From Nanobdellota archaeon (GTDB taxonomy: Archaea > Nanobdellota > Nanobdellia > Woesearchaeales > GW2011-AR4), in the NCBI GenBank assembly GCA_038046185.1, contig JBBSWR010000219.1:1-56311 (forward strand): 56,311 nucleotides of DNA, written 5' to 3'. Made by a program: the position numbers and the translations under genes. Below are positions 54,585 to 56,311 of the stretch, piece after piece (position 1 is the first letter of the stretch; each line of letters begins with the position of its first letter). The notes below the pieces were generated by a model. The model was not told where the DNA came from. It did not search any database and saw nothing but the letters and a program-made list of their open reading frames with translations.

Positions 54585-55925
54585 TTAATTTACTGGTCGA
54601 GTTATCTGTTTTCCAAGTAATTCATTATAGAGACTTATAGCGTCAGATTCATCTTTTGGTCCAACTATAACTGCAGAGCCCTTTTTCATAAAACTAACTG
54701 ACATGTCATTTGTTCGAAGAGACAATCCAAATTTGCCCTGATTCTCTATTAGGAATCCTTTTTGTTTTGCAATATTAGTTACCATATTCACATCAAGATC
54801 AAATGTACTGGTAGGTGTAATTGAAAAAGTCCTCTTGCCTTGGTTTCTTCCACATAGTTCCTCTAGAATCAATTCCTCCTTTACAATCTCTTCTTTTTTT
54901 CCAGAACCGCACACAGGACACTCTTCTGCTCTAAATGTACGAGTAAATGTAAAATCTAGATTCTCAATATCTACATGTAAAATTTTGTCAGATAGACTGG
55001 GCTTTTTGCCTAACACCACTTTGACTGTTTCAGACACTTCAATTCCCCCAACTATAGACAAAATAGACGGATGGACTCCCTCAATGCTACATGTAGGCAT
55101 GGAATCCTCATCAAGGGCAGGAAACATGCAGTAATAACATGCGCTGGTGCCAGGCAATATGGTAAATATCTGTCCAGATACTCCTACTGCAGCTCCTGTA
55201 ACAAAAGGAATACCAAACTTTACACATGCTTTGTTGAGAGCATATCTGGCATTGACGCTATCAAGTGCATCAACTACAACATCACAACCTTCTACCACCT
55301 CAAGTGCGGTATAATCATTTACAGAAACAGCTAGTGCCTCTATTTTACAATCAGGATTTAGTTTTTGTAGTTTCTTTGCAGCAACTTCCACTTTTACTTG
55401 TCCAACGTCATCTTCATCAAACATTGTCTGGCGATGCAAATTTGACAGTTCAATTACGTCTCTATCTACGATACGTAGAGTTCCAACACCCATTGCAGTC
55501 AATCTTGTAGTAATTGGATTACCAAGACCACCTACTCCAACAACACAGATTTTGGCGTTCTTTAGTTTTAGTTGTCCTTGGTATCCAATCTCTTCAAGCA
55601 TTACCTGTCGAGAAAATTTGTCTAATTCCTTTTTTGATAGTTCATCTGAACCACCAGCAACTGCTGGCAAGATGTATACTTCGTCTCCATCTTTGAGAAC
55701 AGTATTCATGCCATCAGAAAACTTGGCGTTTTTTCCATTAATGTAAATGTTAATTAGAGAACGTGGAGTTCCATCACCTTCTAAAACTCGTCTCTTAAAG
55801 TCATCACCCATAACTTGGGAGATTTTTGAAAATGCATCAGTTAGAGAATCAGCTGATATCTCTGTCTTTTTTTCTCCTCCACCTTGATTTAGCACTGATG
55901 GAATTGTAAATATGATATTTGTCAT
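54585..55925 (-). CDS. Fusion of a MoaD/ThiS/SAMP-like beta-grasp domain (internal Gly-Gly) with an E1-like ThiF/MoeB/UbaA adenylyltransferase and an unassigned C-terminal domain
   Basis: Residues 1-92 end in LKDGDEVYILPAVAGG. Then follow ICVVGVGGLGNPITTRL (nucleotide loop), DRDVIELSNLHRQ, a CYYC...CPVC Zn tetrad and PTCSIEGV (candidate active Cys). About 95 further residues are unassigned. Confidence 0.8.
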   Translation of the reverse strand: MTNIIFTIPSVLNQGGGEKKTEISADSLTDAFSKISQVMGDDFKRRVLEGDGTPRSLINIYINGKNAKFSDGMNTVLKDGDEVYILPAVAGGSDELSKKELDKFSRQVMLEEIGYQGQLKLKNAKICVVGVGGLGNPITTRLTAMGVGTLRIVDRDVIELSNLHRQTMFDEDDVGQVKVEVAAKKLQKLNPDCKIEALAVSVNDYTALEVVEGCDVVVDALDSVNARYALNKACVKFGIPFVTGAAVGVSGQIFTILPGTSACYYCMFPALDEDSMPTCSIEGVHPSILSIVGGIEVSETVKVVLGKKPSLSDKILHVDIENLDFTFTRTFRAEECPVCGSGKKEEIVKEELILEELCGRNQGKRTFSITPTSTFDLDVNMVTNIAKQKGFLIENQGKFGLSLRTNDMSVSFMKKGSAVIVGPKDESDAISLYNELLGKQITRPVN

Positions 55926-55926
55926 G

Positions 55927-56311
55927 CTAGTTTACTACCGCCGATATTTCTGTGATATTTGCTTTCATTACTTTTGGTTTTGGTAAAACTTCCATTATTG
56001 CCTCAGTTGCCTTTAATCCATTTCCAGTAACATAACACACTACAGAATCATTTTTGTCAATTTTTCCCTGCTCGACCATCTTTTGAAGTACAGCAACAGA
56101 GACACCACCTGCAGGCTCTGTAAATATCCCCTCAGTCCTAGCCAAAAGCAATATTGCATCTAAAATTTCTTTATTGTTGCATTCTTCTGCAAACCCATTG
56201 TATTGTGCTAATCGTTTTAGTACATATCTACCATCTCCAGGATCACCTATTGCCAGACTCTTTGCAATGGTATCAGGATGCTCTACTGGAATCACTTCTT
56301 TGCTGTTTTTC
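55927..56311 (-). CDS. thrC: Threonine synthase, C-terminal about 128 aa (5' end beyond the window end)
   Basis: TIAKSLAIGDPGDG...ARTEGIFTEPAGGVSVAVLQKMVEQGKI...VCYVTGNGLKATE is the typical PLP fold-type II ThrC C-terminus. The stop TAG lies 1 nt before the ATG of the downstream gene. Confidence 0.8.
   Translation of the reverse strand, partial: KNSKEVIPVEHPDTIAKSLAIGDPGDGRYVLKRLAQYNGFAEECNNKEILDAILLLARTEGIFTEPAGGVSVAVLQKMVEQGKIDKNDSVVCYVTGNGLKATEAIMEVLPKPKVMKANITEISAVVN

Noticed and set aside
1042-55746. Many 60-110-aa ORFs in the supplied track lie inside or antisense to long CDS. Examples: 1042..1323, 1716..2033, 2298..2585, 2990..3193, 6127..6360, 6814..7020, 7137..7346, 7722..8033, 14009..14338, 15413..15697, 18063..18356, 18615..18833, 19802..20035, 20276..20464, 22264..22449, 23512..23775, 24148..24342, 26298..26555, 27600..27785, 29813..30022, 39481..39783, 40566..40766, 45285..45530, 46349..46540, 48062..48361, 50339..50545, 53703..53981, 53853..54056, and 54835..55746 (five ORFs).
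   Set aside because: Each is fully overlapped by a longer ORF with strong family motifs. Their translations are low-complexity and motif-free. They look like frame-shadow ORFs rather than genes.
1-56311. A search by eye for tRNA/rRNA genes, CRISPR repeats, IS elements, integrases, toxin-antitoxin pairs and phage genes.
   Set aside because: There are no GC-rich structured islands in the short intergenic regions, no regularly spaced direct repeats, and no ORF with transposase or integrase motifs. Without tools I cannot exclude small ncRNAs.

Overview
This window is visibly AT-rich and extremely gene-dense, with about 54 genes and almost no intergenic DNA; several convergent genes overlap or abut at their 3' ends. 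Nearly all of it (1..54129) is one cell-surface glycan biosynthesis island. The source is probably an archaeon, and a Nitrosopumilales-like thaumarchaeon is my best guess. That guess is inference only, from a bifunctional PGI/PMI-type SIS protein, a TATA-like A/T box upstream of at least one operon-leading start with no Shine-Dalgarno, frequent TTG/GTG starts, and a SAMP/MoaD-E1 protein. The island holds modules for four differently activated sugars. (1) GDP-6-deoxyhexose: Gmd plus an SDR reductase. (2) UDP-2-acetamido-2,6-dideoxy-L-hexose: a CapE/FnlA-type dehydratase, a WecB-type 2-epimerase, and a CapF-like reductase and cupin encoded as separate genes. (3) A heavily tailored CMP-nonulosonic acid: PseB/LegB-like dehydratase, DegT aminotransferase, LbH acetyltransferase, NeuC-like hydrolysing epimerase, a short NeuB-like synthase, a NeuA-like cytidylyltransferase, plus GNAT, CE4 deacetylase, PhyH dioxygenase, methyltransferase and PP-loop amidotransferase. 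(4) CDP-3,6-dideoxyhexose: RfbF, RfbG, and RfbH/E1 with an intact Fe-S motif. Also present are 5 GT2, 3 GT4, 1 orphan GT-B-like protein, 4 GT-C-like polytopic membrane proteins, a Wzx-type flippase, a UPF0104 flippase-like protein, three paralogous Zn-ribbon C-methyltransferases and an FkbM methyltransferase. Two genes in one operon are split exactly at homopolymer tracts. The right edge leaves the island: a thrC 3' end is translationally coupled to an unusual MoaD/ThiS-like beta-grasp domain fused to an E1 (ThiF/MoeB) enzyme, with the Gly-Gly internal to the fusion. I saw no rRNA, tRNA, CRISPR array, transposase or integrase. All family calls come from motif recognition by eye; no database search was run.
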